From an uncultured Clostridia bacterium (GTDB lineage: Bacteria; Bacillota; Clostridia; Christensenellales; CAG-138), in contig CAKTYT010000001.1 of the NCBI GenBank assembly GCA_934633695.1, positions 138,643 to 202,642 of the forward strand: a stretch of DNA of 64,000 nt, in the 5' to 3' direction. The notes under the pieces were generated by a model. That model was given only the letters and a program-made list of their open reading frames with translations. It searched no databases and had not been told where the DNA came from. This document shows positions 56,222-64,000 of the stretch, piece after piece. How positions within the stretch are numbered: position 1 is the stretch's first letter; the number at the start of each line of letters is the position of its first letter. A program made the position numbers and the translations under genes.

Positions 56222-57258
56222 ACGATATCAATACAAACCCCAAAATAAACAGTGATGAGCTTGTAAGAGCAGAAGTCCCGATCATTGCGATGGATGAAGT
56301 TATAAGGTTGTTTGGCGTTTTTGATGAAAATATAAAGGTAATCGAAAAGGAAACCGGAACGAGTATCAAAGCGGAGGATGAAAACATTATTGTCACCGGT
56401 TCGCAAGCGGCCGTGGAAGTTGCGGTAAATGTCATTGAAAAATTAATTGCACTCATTCGCAAGGGTGAAAACATTGACAGAGGGAGAATTATTTATGCTA
56501 TCGATCTTGCAGGTGAAGGTAATGCTGATCTAATACTTGACCTTGCGGATGACGTCATTGCTTTCACAAACAGGGGCAAACAAATAAAGTGTAAAACGAT
56601 AGGACAAAAGAAATACGTTAATGCATTGAAACATCATACTGTTGTCTTCGGAGTTGGACCAGCGGGAACGGGAAAAACCTATCTTGCAGTTGCAATGGCA
56701 GTATTAGCATTTAAAAACAAAGAAGTTTCAAGGATTATTCTTACAAGACCTGCCGTTGAAGCGGGGGAGAAACTCGGGTTTCTGCCCGGGGATCTTCAAA
56801 ATAAGGTTGATCCTTACTTAAGACCTCTGTACGATGCTCTCTATGATTTTCTTGGTGCGGAAAATTTCAGACAGCTTTCTGAAAAAGGTGCGATTGAGGT
56901 TGCTCCGCTTGCATACATGAGAGGAAGGACATTAAATGATGCATATATCATTCTGGATGAAGCACAGAACTGCACTGTAGAACAGATGAAAATGTTCCTG
57001 ACAAGGTTCGGAGAGGGTTCAAGGGTCGTAGTAACGGGCGATATAACTCAGATTGATCTCCCGATTGATAAACGCAGCGGACTGATTCACGCACTTAACG
57101 TGCTTCGTGACGTTGAAGGCATTAGTATGGTAAAATTGACAGCAAGGGACGTTGTTCGACATGAAATGGTCCAACGCATAGTACTCGCATACGAAAAGGC
57201 AGCGGAGACTGCACAAAGGCGGAGTTACGAGTCGGAAAAAAGAAAAGACGATAAATAA
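56218..57258 (+). CDS. phoH: PhoH family ATPase (YbeZ-like, N-terminal KH)
   Basis: Walker A 'GPAGTGKTYLAVA' and 'ILDEAQN'. ATGA overlap with yqfD. Confidence 0.92.
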   Translation: MNDINTNPKINSDELVRAEVPIIAMDEVIRLFGVFDENIKVIEKETGTSIKAEDENIIVTGSQAAVEVAVNVIEKLIALIRKGENIDRGRIIYAIDLAGEGNADLILDLADDVIAFTNRGKQIKCKTIGQKKYVNALKHHTVVFGVGPAGTGKTYLAVAMAVLAFKNKEVSRIILTRPAVEAGEKLGFLPGDLQNKVDPYLRPLYDALYDFLGAENFRQLSEKGAIEVAPLAYMRGRTLNDAYIILDEAQNCTVEQMKMFLTRFGEGSRVVVTGDITQIDLPIDKRSGLIHALNVLRDVEGISMVKLTARDVVRHEMVQRIVLAYEKAAETAQRRSYESEKRKDDK

Positions 57259-57284
57259 ATCTGTTTTAAAGAGGGGGGAAAATT

Positions 57285-58745
57285 TTGCACGTAAAAAAAC
57301 AAAGGCTTACAAAAAAACAGTTAAATGCTCCGCTTGTCGCAGCATTGTTTGCGATCTGTGCGGTGCTTGTGTGCATTGCTGCATGCATAAAACTGTCAAT
57401 CGCAAGTACGGAAGTGTGGCAAACGAAATATGTTATAATAATTTGCTCACTTGCTGCGGCATCAATCTGTATTGTCGCTTTGTTTGGCTTGTTTATATTT
57501 TTTACCGACAGAGATTTTTTGAAAAAGCCAAAAGGCGTGTTTATACTCATTTCAATAATTTTGATTTCAGTTGCACTGAGCACGCTGATGAGCTTTGCTT
57601 CGCCGTTCTTTTCGGCGATGCTCTTTTCGGTAATTCTTATCGGAGTACTCGTAAAAAAGGAGCTCGCATACCCTTCAGCTGTTCTTATGGCGGTCGTAGT
57701 GGGCATAGTGACGGCGGATCCTGCATCGGAAGCGAGCGGTTATGTATGCCTGTGTACTTCAACGACTGCAATTGTAGGCGGAATCACATCTGCGTTGATG
57801 CTGAACTTGAAAAAAGGAAGGCTTACTCCTTCACTTGCCGGTTTAGCCGGGGGAGTGGTATCTGCATTGAGTTTTTGCATTGTACAAGCCCTTTGCGGAG
57901 TGAAGCTTGCGGAGCCGATTGTGCCGATGCTGTGGCTGATTGGCGGAGGTTCGTTGTGCGGAGTTGTCGCAACGGGAATACTGCCGCTGCTTGAGGTCGC
58001 ATTTGATATAGCGACTGATGCAAGGCTTAACGAACTTATGAACAACAATAATCCGCTTATAAAGCGACTGATGGTCGAGGCTCCGGGAACATACCACCAT
58101 TCGATGCTCGTTGCGGCACTCGCTGAAGCGGCGGCCGAGCAGATTGGGGCTAATTCACTGCTCTGCAAAACGGCAGGCTATTATCATGATGTCGGAAAAC
58201 TGCGAAGCCCTATGCACTTTAAAGAAAATCAAAGAGATTTTAATATTCATGATACACTCGATCCGTACGAAAGTGCTCAGCGGATTATAGCACACAGACG
58301 GGACGGCGTAACATTGCTGACAAAGAACAACATTCCAAGTGATGTCATAAAAATTGCTTCAGAACACCACGGCAATTCGACGGTATTGTTTTTTTACAAT
58401 GAAGCACTTAAAAGAGCTGTCGGAGGCGAAAAAGTTGACGAGGCAGAGTTTAAGTACAATGCTTCCAAGCCCTCCACAAAGGAGAGTGCGATCGTCATGC
58501 TGGCGGACTGCTGTGAAGCGACTGTTCGTTCGATAAGGCAGCCGACTGTTGAGAGTATAGAGTCAAAAGTACATGATGTTATCAGCAACCTTTGGCTGAA
58601 ACGGGACGGACAGCTGAGCGAAAGTCCGTTGACTGCAAAAGATATTACGTTGATCGAAAAGAGTTTTGTTAAAACACTTTCCGCACAATATCATGAGAGG
58701 GTAGAATATCCTACGATGGAGGAGGTTGAAAATGCAAAGAAATGA
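57285..58745 (+). CDS. 7TM-HD (HDIG) membrane phosphohydrolase, PgpH/YqfF-like but lacking the long extracellular N-domain
   Basis: About 7 TM helices followed by the HD domain 'TYHHSMLVAALAE...YYHDVGK...HHG'. At 486 aa it is shorter than the roughly 700 aa I recall for YqfF/PgpH. Confidence 0.8.
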   Translation: MHVKKQRLTKKQLNAPLVAALFAICAVLVCIAACIKLSIASTEVWQTKYVIIICSLAAASICIVALFGLFIFFTDRDFLKKPKGVFILISIILISVALSTLMSFASPFFSAMLFSVILIGVLVKKELAYPSAVLMAVVVGIVTADPASEASGYVCLCTSTTAIVGGITSALMLNLKKGRLTPSLAGLAGGVVSALSFCIVQALCGVKLAEPIVPMLWLIGGGSLCGVVATGILPLLEVAFDIATDARLNELMNNNNPLIKRLMVEAPGTYHHSMLVAALAEAAAEQIGANSLLCKTAGYYHDVGKLRSPMHFKENQRDFNIHDTLDPYESAQRIIAHRRDGVTLLTKNNIPSDVIKIASEHHGNSTVLFFYNEALKRAVGGEKVDEAEFKYNASKPSTKESAIVMLADCCEATVRSIRQPTVESIESKVHDVISNLWLKRDGQLSESPLTAKDITLIEKSFVKTLSAQYHERVEYPTMEEVENAKK

Positions 58746-59235
58746 TGCAAGCGAAAAAAGCTCGCTTAGAATCAGTATGATTGAAATTGAGGCAAGCGGG
58801 GAACAGATAAAAGCAGTTGAAACGGCTGTTAAAGCAGCACTAGCCGCTGAAAATGCAGAGGATAAGCTTGTGTCGGTCGTTCTTACGACAGATGAGATTA
58901 TCCGCGAGTACAACAGAGAGTATCGTTCGGTCGATAGATCGACAGATGTATTGAGCTTTCCGACAGACGAAGGAGAAGATCTAATTGCACCACCTGACGG
59001 ATTCATTGGAGACATAATGATTTCAATTCCTCGTGCTGAAGAACAGGGGAAAGCACTTGGTCATTCGACGGAGAGGGAAATAATGTTTTTGGCGGTTCAC
59101 GGTGTCCTTCATCTGTTGGGATACGATCATATGACGCCTGAAGATGAAGCGGTCATGCTGCCGAAACAGAGAGATATAATTTCATTGATTGAGGGAAAAA
59201 CAAGAAGAGCACATGATGACGAAGGAAAGAATTGA
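58732..59235 (+). CDS. ybeY: rRNA maturation RNase YbeY
   Basis: 'TDVLSFP' and the Zn motif 'HGVLHLLGYDH'. RBS GGAGGAGG lies before ATG 58732. Confidence 0.9.
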   Translation: MQRNDASEKSSLRISMIEIEASGEQIKAVETAVKAALAAENAEDKLVSVVLTTDEIIREYNREYRSVDRSTDVLSFPTDEGEDLIAPPDGFIGDIMISIPRAEEQGKALGHSTEREIMFLAVHGVLHLLGYDHMTPEDEAVMLPKQRDIISLIEGKTRRAHDDEGKN

Positions 59236-59623
59236 GCAACTTGTCGATGCAGCACTTGAAGCAAAAGCCGGGGCATATGTTCCATATTCGGGTTTTCATG
59301 TCGGTGCAGCACTTTTGACAGCCTCAGGAAAAGTTTATACCGGATGCAACATCGAGAATGCAGGCTATACGCCGACGGTATGTGCCGAGAGGACTGCTGT
59401 TTTTAAGGCGGTATCAGAGGGAGAGACCTATTTTTTAATGATTGCGGTAGCTTCGGACAGCGAAAAGATTACGTTTCCATGCGGAGTATGCAGGCAGGTC
59501 CTTGCTGAATTCTGCACGAATGATATGCTGATTGCGTGTGCCGACAGGAATGGAAACTATGAACTGTTTTCGCTGCATCAGCTTTTGCCTATGGCATTTA
59601 CAAAGGAGGACTTAAAAAAATAA
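59213..59623 (+). CDS. cdd: cytidine deaminase
   Basis: 'CAERTAVFKA' and 'PCGVCRQVLAEF' are the Zn ligands. Confidence 0.92.
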   Translation: MMTKERIEQLVDAALEAKAGAYVPYSGFHVGAALLTASGKVYTGCNIENAGYTPTVCAERTAVFKAVSEGETYFLMIAVASDSEKITFPCGVCRQVLAEFCTNDMLIACADRNGNYELFSLHQLLPMAFTKEDLKK

Positions 59624-59624
59624 A

Positions 59625-60524
59625 ATGGGTTATAAATCTGGGTTTGTAACGATAATCGGTTCGCCGAATGTCGGTAAGTCAACATTGATGAATTACATGG
59701 TCGGTCAGAAGGTCAGCATAGTTTCCGACAGGGCACAGACGACACGCAACAAGATCATGGGCGTTGTTTCAAGAAAGAACTATCAGATAATTTTCATTGA
59801 TACACCCGGTGTTACTGCACCAAAGAACCGTTTGGGAGAGTATATGCTCAAGGTTGCGTACGATGCGGTCAATGAGGTTGAAGCTGTACTCCTCATGATA
59901 GATGCCTCAAAGGGAATAAGGGAGAAGGATGAATTGCTTCTCGAACATCTCGGGGAAAAAATCAAGAGTACACCGGTAATTGCTGCGATAAACAAGACAG
60001 ATCTCGTCAGCCTCGGCGACATAGATGAAATAACAGAACGACTTGAAAAGGAAAAATGGATACAGCATATCGTTCCGATAAGTGCTGCAAGCGGTAGAAA
60101 TGTCGACAAGCTTGAAAAAACGCTTTTCGAATATCTTGTCGAGGGTCCGCAGTATTTCCCCGATGATATGGTTACGGATCAGCCGATGTGGTCTATCTGT
60201 GCTGAAATGATAAGGGAAAATGCACTTAAACTTCTCAGGGATGAAATTCCGCACGGTATTGGTGTCGGGATAGAAAAAATTGCACTTCGCAAAGATGGCA
60301 TTCACGACGTGCTTGCAACGATCTATTGTGAGAGGGAATCGCACAAAGGCATTATTATCGGCAGGGGCGGGAGCATGCTTAAGCGTATAGGCTCGGATGC
60401 ACGAAGAGACATTGAGTGGCTTTTTGGCACGAAAGTAAATCTTCAGCTGTGGATAAAGGTTCGTCCCGATTGGCGTAACAGTGCCGCCGCCCTGCGTGAG
60501 TTCGGGTTTGATCCAAATTTTTAA
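59625..60524 (+). CDS. era: GTPase Era
   Basis: 'GSPNVGKSTLMN', 'DTPG', 'NKTD', and a C-terminal KH domain. Confidence 0.97.
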   Translation: MGYKSGFVTIIGSPNVGKSTLMNYMVGQKVSIVSDRAQTTRNKIMGVVSRKNYQIIFIDTPGVTAPKNRLGEYMLKVAYDAVNEVEAVLLMIDASKGIREKDELLLEHLGEKIKSTPVIAAINKTDLVSLGDIDEITERLEKEKWIQHIVPISAASGRNVDKLEKTLFEYLVEGPQYFPDDMVTDQPMWSICAEMIRENALKLLRDEIPHGIGVGIEKIALRKDGIHDVLATIYCERESHKGIIIGRGGSMLKRIGSDARRDIEWLFGTKVNLQLWIKVRPDWRNSAAALREFGFDPNF

Positions 60525-60661
60525 ATTTCTGTTGTCGGATCGTCCTGTATTATTCTTTTTTCTTTTTGCTTATATGCGAGGTAGTCGTGAATGGATCCGG
60601 TTTTTGAAAACTGCTCCCATAGCTCGGTTTGGTTTTTTTTGCCGAAAGTATCTCTGTTCAT
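60521..60661 (-). CDS. YqzL-like small protein (46 aa), below the ORF-track length cutoff
   Basis: On the minus strand, GGAGG lies 6 nt before ATG 60661. The sequence is 'MNRDTFGKKNQTELWEQFSKTGSIHDYLAYKQKEKRIIQDDPTTEI'. The 'W..FSKTG.I..YL.YK' core and the era-recO position fit YqzL. Its stop overlaps the era stop. Confidence 0.55.
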   Translation of the reverse strand: MNRDTFGKKNQTELWEQFSKTGSIHDYLAYKQKEKRIIQDDPTTEI

Positions 60662-60733
60662 GTTTTCCTCCGATAATAGTGGCTTGGAAATAGCTTTCCC
60701 CGGTATCGTACGAAAGAAACGGAAATAAATGGT

Positions 60734-61450
60734 ATGTCTTTTGAAACATTGAACGGTATTGTACTAAGATACGTACACTACAAGGAAAACGATAGAATTC
60801 TTTCCGTATTGACAAGGGAAAGAGGTCTCATTTCGTTAAATGCTCGCGGCTGTATGCGAATAAAGAGCAGGCTTGCCCATGTTTGCGATGTTATGTGCAT
60901 GGCAGAGTTTGTCGTTTATAAACGTTCGTCGATCGACTACATTTCAAATGCTTCACTAACTGACAGTTTCTATCCAATACGGGAGGACTACAATGCCTTT
61001 GTTGCTGCGATGAAGGTACTCGAGCTGACCGAAGCAGCAGCTCCATTAAATGAACCATGGGAGGAACTTTTTCTGCTCTGCTGTCATACTCTCACTTTTA
61101 TTGCTTACTCGCAGGCCAATTCTGAGGATTTGGAGTTGTGCTTTCTAGCTAAACTGTTGAAAATTTCCGGGTATGAACCTACACTGACACAGTGTGTTAA
61201 ATGCGGAAAGGATTTGCGTCAGCAAAAAGAAATAAGGTTTTCGGAAGCGGCAGGGGGGTCGGTTTGTGAGCGTTGCGGAGAGAAATGGAAGATGTTCTCT
61301 GCATTGTCTCTTGAGGCATTCAGGCGAATGCTTAAACTCCCGATCGGTGAAATGAATAAAGTTGTTTTGCCGCAAAATGCACGAGAGGAACTTGCGAGCC
61401 TTCTGCACACATATGCGGAAGCGGTTTTTGAGAGAAAACTTATAAAGTAA
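60734..61450 (+). CDS. recO: DNA repair protein RecO
   Basis: 238 aa. N-terminal OB 'GIVLRYVHYKENDRILSVLT' and the Zn motif 'CVKCG...CERCG'. Confidence 0.9.
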   Translation: MSFETLNGIVLRYVHYKENDRILSVLTRERGLISLNARGCMRIKSRLAHVCDVMCMAEFVVYKRSSIDYISNASLTDSFYPIREDYNAFVAAMKVLELTEAAAPLNEPWEELFLLCCHTLTFIAYSQANSEDLELCFLAKLLKISGYEPTLTQCVKCGKDLRQQKEIRFSEAAGGSVCERCGEKWKMFSALSLEAFRRMLKLPIGEMNKVVLPQNAREELASLLHTYAEAVFERKLIK

Positions 61451-61479
61451 ATATATTTCGATTTTTGTGCAAAAAGGGG

Positions 61480-61508
61480 TTGCATTTTTCATAGAATAGT
61501 GGTAGAAT
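61480..61508 (+). promoter_or_regulatory. sigmaA promoter of tRNA-Asn
   Basis: TTGCAT (61480-61485), a 17-nt spacer, then TAGAAT (61503-61508). Confidence 0.55.
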
Positions 61509-61536
61509 AACCATCGTTCCAAGGAACGAGAGATAT

Positions 61537-61612
61537 TCCTCCTTAGCTCAGTCGGTAGAGCATGCGGCTGTTAACCGCAGTGTCGTTGGTTCGAGTCCAA
61601 CAGGGGGAGCCA
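61537..61612 (+). tRNA. tRNA-Asn (anticodon GUU), CCA encoded
   Basis: The cloverleaf was folded by hand. Acceptor stem TCCTCCT/AGGGGGA, D stem GCTC/GAGC, anticodon stem TGCGG/CCGCA with loop CTGTTAA, and T stem GTTGG/CCAAC with loop TTCGAGT. Length 76 nt. Confidence 0.95.
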
Positions 61613-61642
61613 AAAAGAACCGTTTGTGACGGTTCTTTTTTT
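61613..61642. terminator. bidirectional intrinsic terminator (tRNA-Asn / SDR gene)
   Basis: AAAGAACCG (61614-61622) pairs with CGGTTCTTT (61630-61638). A-rich 5' and T-rich 3' flanks. Confidence 0.8.
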
Positions 61643-61683
61643 GTACTGCACCGGACAAATGCAGTACAAACTTTTATTTCTGA

Positions 61684-62466
61684 TTATGAATACATCTTCC
61701 CTACAATCCAATTGCTCAACCTTGTCGGAAGAACTTTACCCAGGAAACAGCAGGCTTTGTATTTTATACCGACTGACGACAATGGTTTTGGCGATTTGCG
61801 AGTGGAAATTCTATACATCGCCTTTGCAATTGCGATTGGAGGCATACCGTTCTGCTCGTCACGTTCCATTGAAGCAACTGATTTTTTTAGAGAAGAATAG
61901 CTTTCTTCACCTGCCTCGAGCTTTTCTCTTGCGGCGGTGAAGCCTGTACGTATATCTCCGGGCAGAACAGCAGCTACTTTGATTCCAGTATCTCTGACTT
62001 CATTTGCGGTTGCAAGTACAAGGGAATTGAGAGCTGCCTTCGAGGCGGAATAGTACGCTTGAAAGGGAATGGAAAGCATCCCTGCAACGGAACTCGTTAC
62101 AATTATGTGACCGCCGTGCTGCCTACGCATTATCGGCAGGACATGTCTCATTACGTTCATGTTTCCGAAGAAGTTAACATCAAATTGCTTTTTTGCAAGC
62201 TCGATGTCTGTGAATTCAACAGCACCGGATATGCCGAATCCGGCATTGCAGATAAGTACATCAATGCTGTTTTCCCTATCAGCAATAGTTTTTATTGCAC
62301 TTGCGATGTCTCCTTCGTTTGTAATATCGCATGACATACTCACGATTTGTCTGTCGTGGCAGGGAGTCCGGCTCAAGCAATACACTTTATCGCCTCTCGA
62401 TCGAAAAAGTTGAGCGGCAGCGAGACCGATACCGTTTGACGCTCCCGTGATAACTACAATACGCAT
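61684..62466 (-). CDS. classical short-chain dehydrogenase/reductase (SDR)
   Basis: 'VVITGASNGIG', 'NAG', and the catalytic 'SS...YSASK'. Confidence 0.85.
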   Translation of the reverse strand: MRIVVITGASNGIGLAAAQLFRSRGDKVYCLSRTPCHDRQIVSMSCDITNEGDIASAIKTIADRENSIDVLICNAGFGISGAVEFTDIELAKKQFDVNFFGNMNVMRHVLPIMRRQHGGHIIVTSSVAGMLSIPFQAYYSASKAALNSLVLATANEVRDTGIKVAAVLPGDIRTGFTAAREKLEAGEESYSSLKKSVASMERDEQNGMPPIAIAKAMYRISTRKSPKPLSSVGIKYKACCFLGKVLPTRLSNWIVGKMYS

Positions 62467-62543
62467 ATTGTTATTCTCCTAAGTAATGGTAAATAAAATT
62501 TTGCGTGACAAGCACAGAAAAGGCTCGCCACGCAGAAAGCAAA

Positions 62544-63710
62544 TCAGTTATTAAGAACTCTGTAAATAATATCAAGAGCTTCATCAAGCAGCTCGGTTGT
62601 CTGATTGGCCATGTAACTCGTCCTTATCAAGCTTTCTCCCGGGGGCGTTGCAGGGGGGACGACGGGGTTGACATAGACACCTGCTTCAAACAGTTCCTGA
62701 ACCTTAGCAAATGTACGCATCTCGTCGTAGGTATAAATAGGAATGATGGGTGTGATGCTGTCAATAATTTTTATGTTCCTCTCCTTAAGCCCTGCACGCA
62801 TATGTGCGGCGAGAGAGAGGAGATGTTCAACAAGCTCCGGTTGCTCGCGGAGAATGTGGAGTGCTTCAATTGCGGTTGCACAATTTGCAGGCGGAATTGA
62901 TGCACAGAAAATGAACGGACGTGAGCTATGGCGGACGAAGTCGACTACTCGGCTGTCGGCAGCCATGTAACCGCCCAATGAAGCCAGGGACTTACTGAAA
63001 GTACCCATGATAATGTCGACCTTGTCGGTCAGACCGAAGTATTCTGCGGTACCTTTACCGCATTTGCCGAGAACACCGAGTCCGTGTGCATCGTCAACCA
63101 TTACTCTGGCTTTGTATTTTTCAGCCAAAGCGACAATTTCAGGGAGCTTGCAAATGTCGCCGCCCATGCTGAACACACCATCGGTAACGATGAGCTTGCC
63201 CGCATCGATTGGGACGCTTGCAAGTGCGGTTTCAAGGTGTTCCATATCCGAATGATTGAAACGTATTGTTTTTGCATAGCTCAATTTACAGCCATCGTAT
63301 ATGCTGGCATGATTTTCTTTGTCGCAGAAAATGTAGTCGCCTCTGCCGCAGATCGCACTGATAATACCAAGGTTGCTCTGAAAACCCGTTGAGAAAGTCA
63401 TAACTGCTTCTTTGCCGAGAAATGCCGCAAGCTCGGTTTCCAACTGAACATGTAAATCGAGTGTTCCGTTCAAAAAACGTGAACCAGAACAACCCGAGCC
63501 GTACTTTTCAATGGCACGGATACCTGCTTCGATAACTCTCGGGTGACTGGTTAGCCCAAGGTAGTTATTGGATCCGAGCATGATTCTTCGTTTGCCCTCC
63601 ATAATAACTTCGGGAGCTTGACGTGATTCCAATTCGTGAAAATAGGGATACACACCCGCTGCACGGGCCTTATCGACTATGTCCACATGACACTTTTCAA
63701 ATAATTCCAT
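62544..63710 (-). CDS. PLP-dependent alpha-oxoamine synthase, serine-palmitoyltransferase-like
   Basis: 'VYPYFHELES', 'GSNNYLGL', 'GSGCSGSRFLNGT', 'DDAHGLG', and the PLP lysine in 'GTFSKSLAS'. Start chosen at ATG 63710 with a GGAG RBS. Confidence 0.85.
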   Translation of the reverse strand: MELFEKCHVDIVDKARAAGVYPYFHELESRQAPEVIMEGKRRIMLGSNNYLGLTSHPRVIEAGIRAIEKYGSGCSGSRFLNGTLDLHVQLETELAAFLGKEAVMTFSTGFQSNLGIISAICGRGDYIFCDKENHASIYDGCKLSYAKTIRFNHSDMEHLETALASVPIDAGKLIVTDGVFSMGGDICKLPEIVALAEKYKARVMVDDAHGLGVLGKCGKGTAEYFGLTDKVDIIMGTFSKSLASLGGYMAADSRVVDFVRHSSRPFIFCASIPPANCATAIEALHILREQPELVEHLLSLAAHMRAGLKERNIKIIDSITPIIPIYTYDEMRTFAKVQELFEAGVYVNPVVPPATPPGESLIRTSYMANQTTELLDEALDIIYRVLNN

Positions 63711-63792
63711 ATAAAATCTCCGATAAAAAGACAGAACCAAATCCCGAACCGAATAAAAAAAGCTCCGAACAAGGTCCGTATATAATAGTGAT

Positions 63793-63821
63793 ATGATACC
63801 GATTTTTTCCTCATTTGTCAA
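63793..63821 (-). promoter_or_regulatory. sigmaA promoter of SPT-like/SDR operon
   Basis: On the minus strand: TTGACA (63821-63816), a 17-nt spacer, then TATCAT (63798-63793). Confidence 0.55.
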
Positions 63822-64000
63822 GGGTTTAAAGCAGGAAAAGTGCGAAAAAAGAACTTTTTATTAAAAGAAACCGGGCACACATGTATTAAGGATGTCAAAA
63901 GGGGATGGTGGGTGAAGCTTTGTGCCCGGTTGAAAAATGCGGTAGGTTTCCTCAACCCTCGACACTATTTTAACAAACAAATTTTGCAAGTCAACCCCTT

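Noticed and set aside
60570-60815. An 81-aa minus-strand ORF from the track in the era-recO spacer.
   Set aside because: It has no RBS, overlaps the recO start, and has an implausible sequence. The shorter YqzL-like ORF in another frame (60521-60661) explains the region better.
1-64000. A whole-window search for CRISPR arrays, IS elements, prophage genes, toxin-antitoxin pairs and rRNA genes.
   Set aside because: I recognised none. The window is dominated by conserved housekeeping operons in Bacillus/Clostridium-like order.

Overview
This window reads as a core-chromosome segment of a spore-forming Firmicute, probably class Clostridia. The pointers are PolC, yqfC/yqfD, a ytxC-like gene, [FeFe]-hydrogenase maturases and a T-box thrS. 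I call about 58 protein genes, one tRNA-Asn(GUU), one T-box leader, a probable L21 leader, and a set of sigmaA-type promoters and intrinsic terminators. The blocks, left to right, are: (1) a PMT/GT39-type glycosyltransferase (5' partial) plus GtrA; (2) comM-dprA-topA-trmFO-hslV-hslU; (3) an SH3/SleB-like lipoprotein and a large sugar nucleotidyltransferase fusion; (4) trmL and eda; (5) rplU-prp-rpmA; (6) ogg, a divergent ytxC-like gene, and T-box-thrS; (7) the TM1266-type regulator with hydE-hydG-hydF; (8) ireB, a nitroreductase, ispG and polC; (9) rimP-nusA-ylxR-ylxQ-infB-rbfA-nrnA-truB-ribF; (10) plsY; (11) a three-gene operon of a HisJ-type PHP phosphatase, a stand-alone SNF2/DEAH helicase and an orphan GyrB/ParE subunit; (12) on the minus strand, rlmI, a tandem-OB SSB-like protein, DUF4956 plus a VTC domain protein, an M19 dipeptidase and copA; (13) yqfC-yqfD-phoH-HD(7TM)-ybeY-cdd-era-(yqzL-like)-recO; (14) tRNA-Asn; (15) an SDR plus a serine-palmitoyltransferase-like alpha-oxoamine synthase. 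I saw no CRISPR array, transposase, integrase or prophage genes. The observations most worth follow-up are: a PolC whose proofreading-domain catalytic residues all appear substituted; the PHP-helicase-topoisomerase-B operon; the VTC/DUF4956 pair; the SPT-like/SDR pair; and a terminator-plus-uORF leader ahead of the hydrogenase maturation operon. All family assignments come from motif recognition by eye, with no database search. Several start codons were moved downstream of the supplied ORF-track starts on the basis of RBS, terminator or leader evidence.
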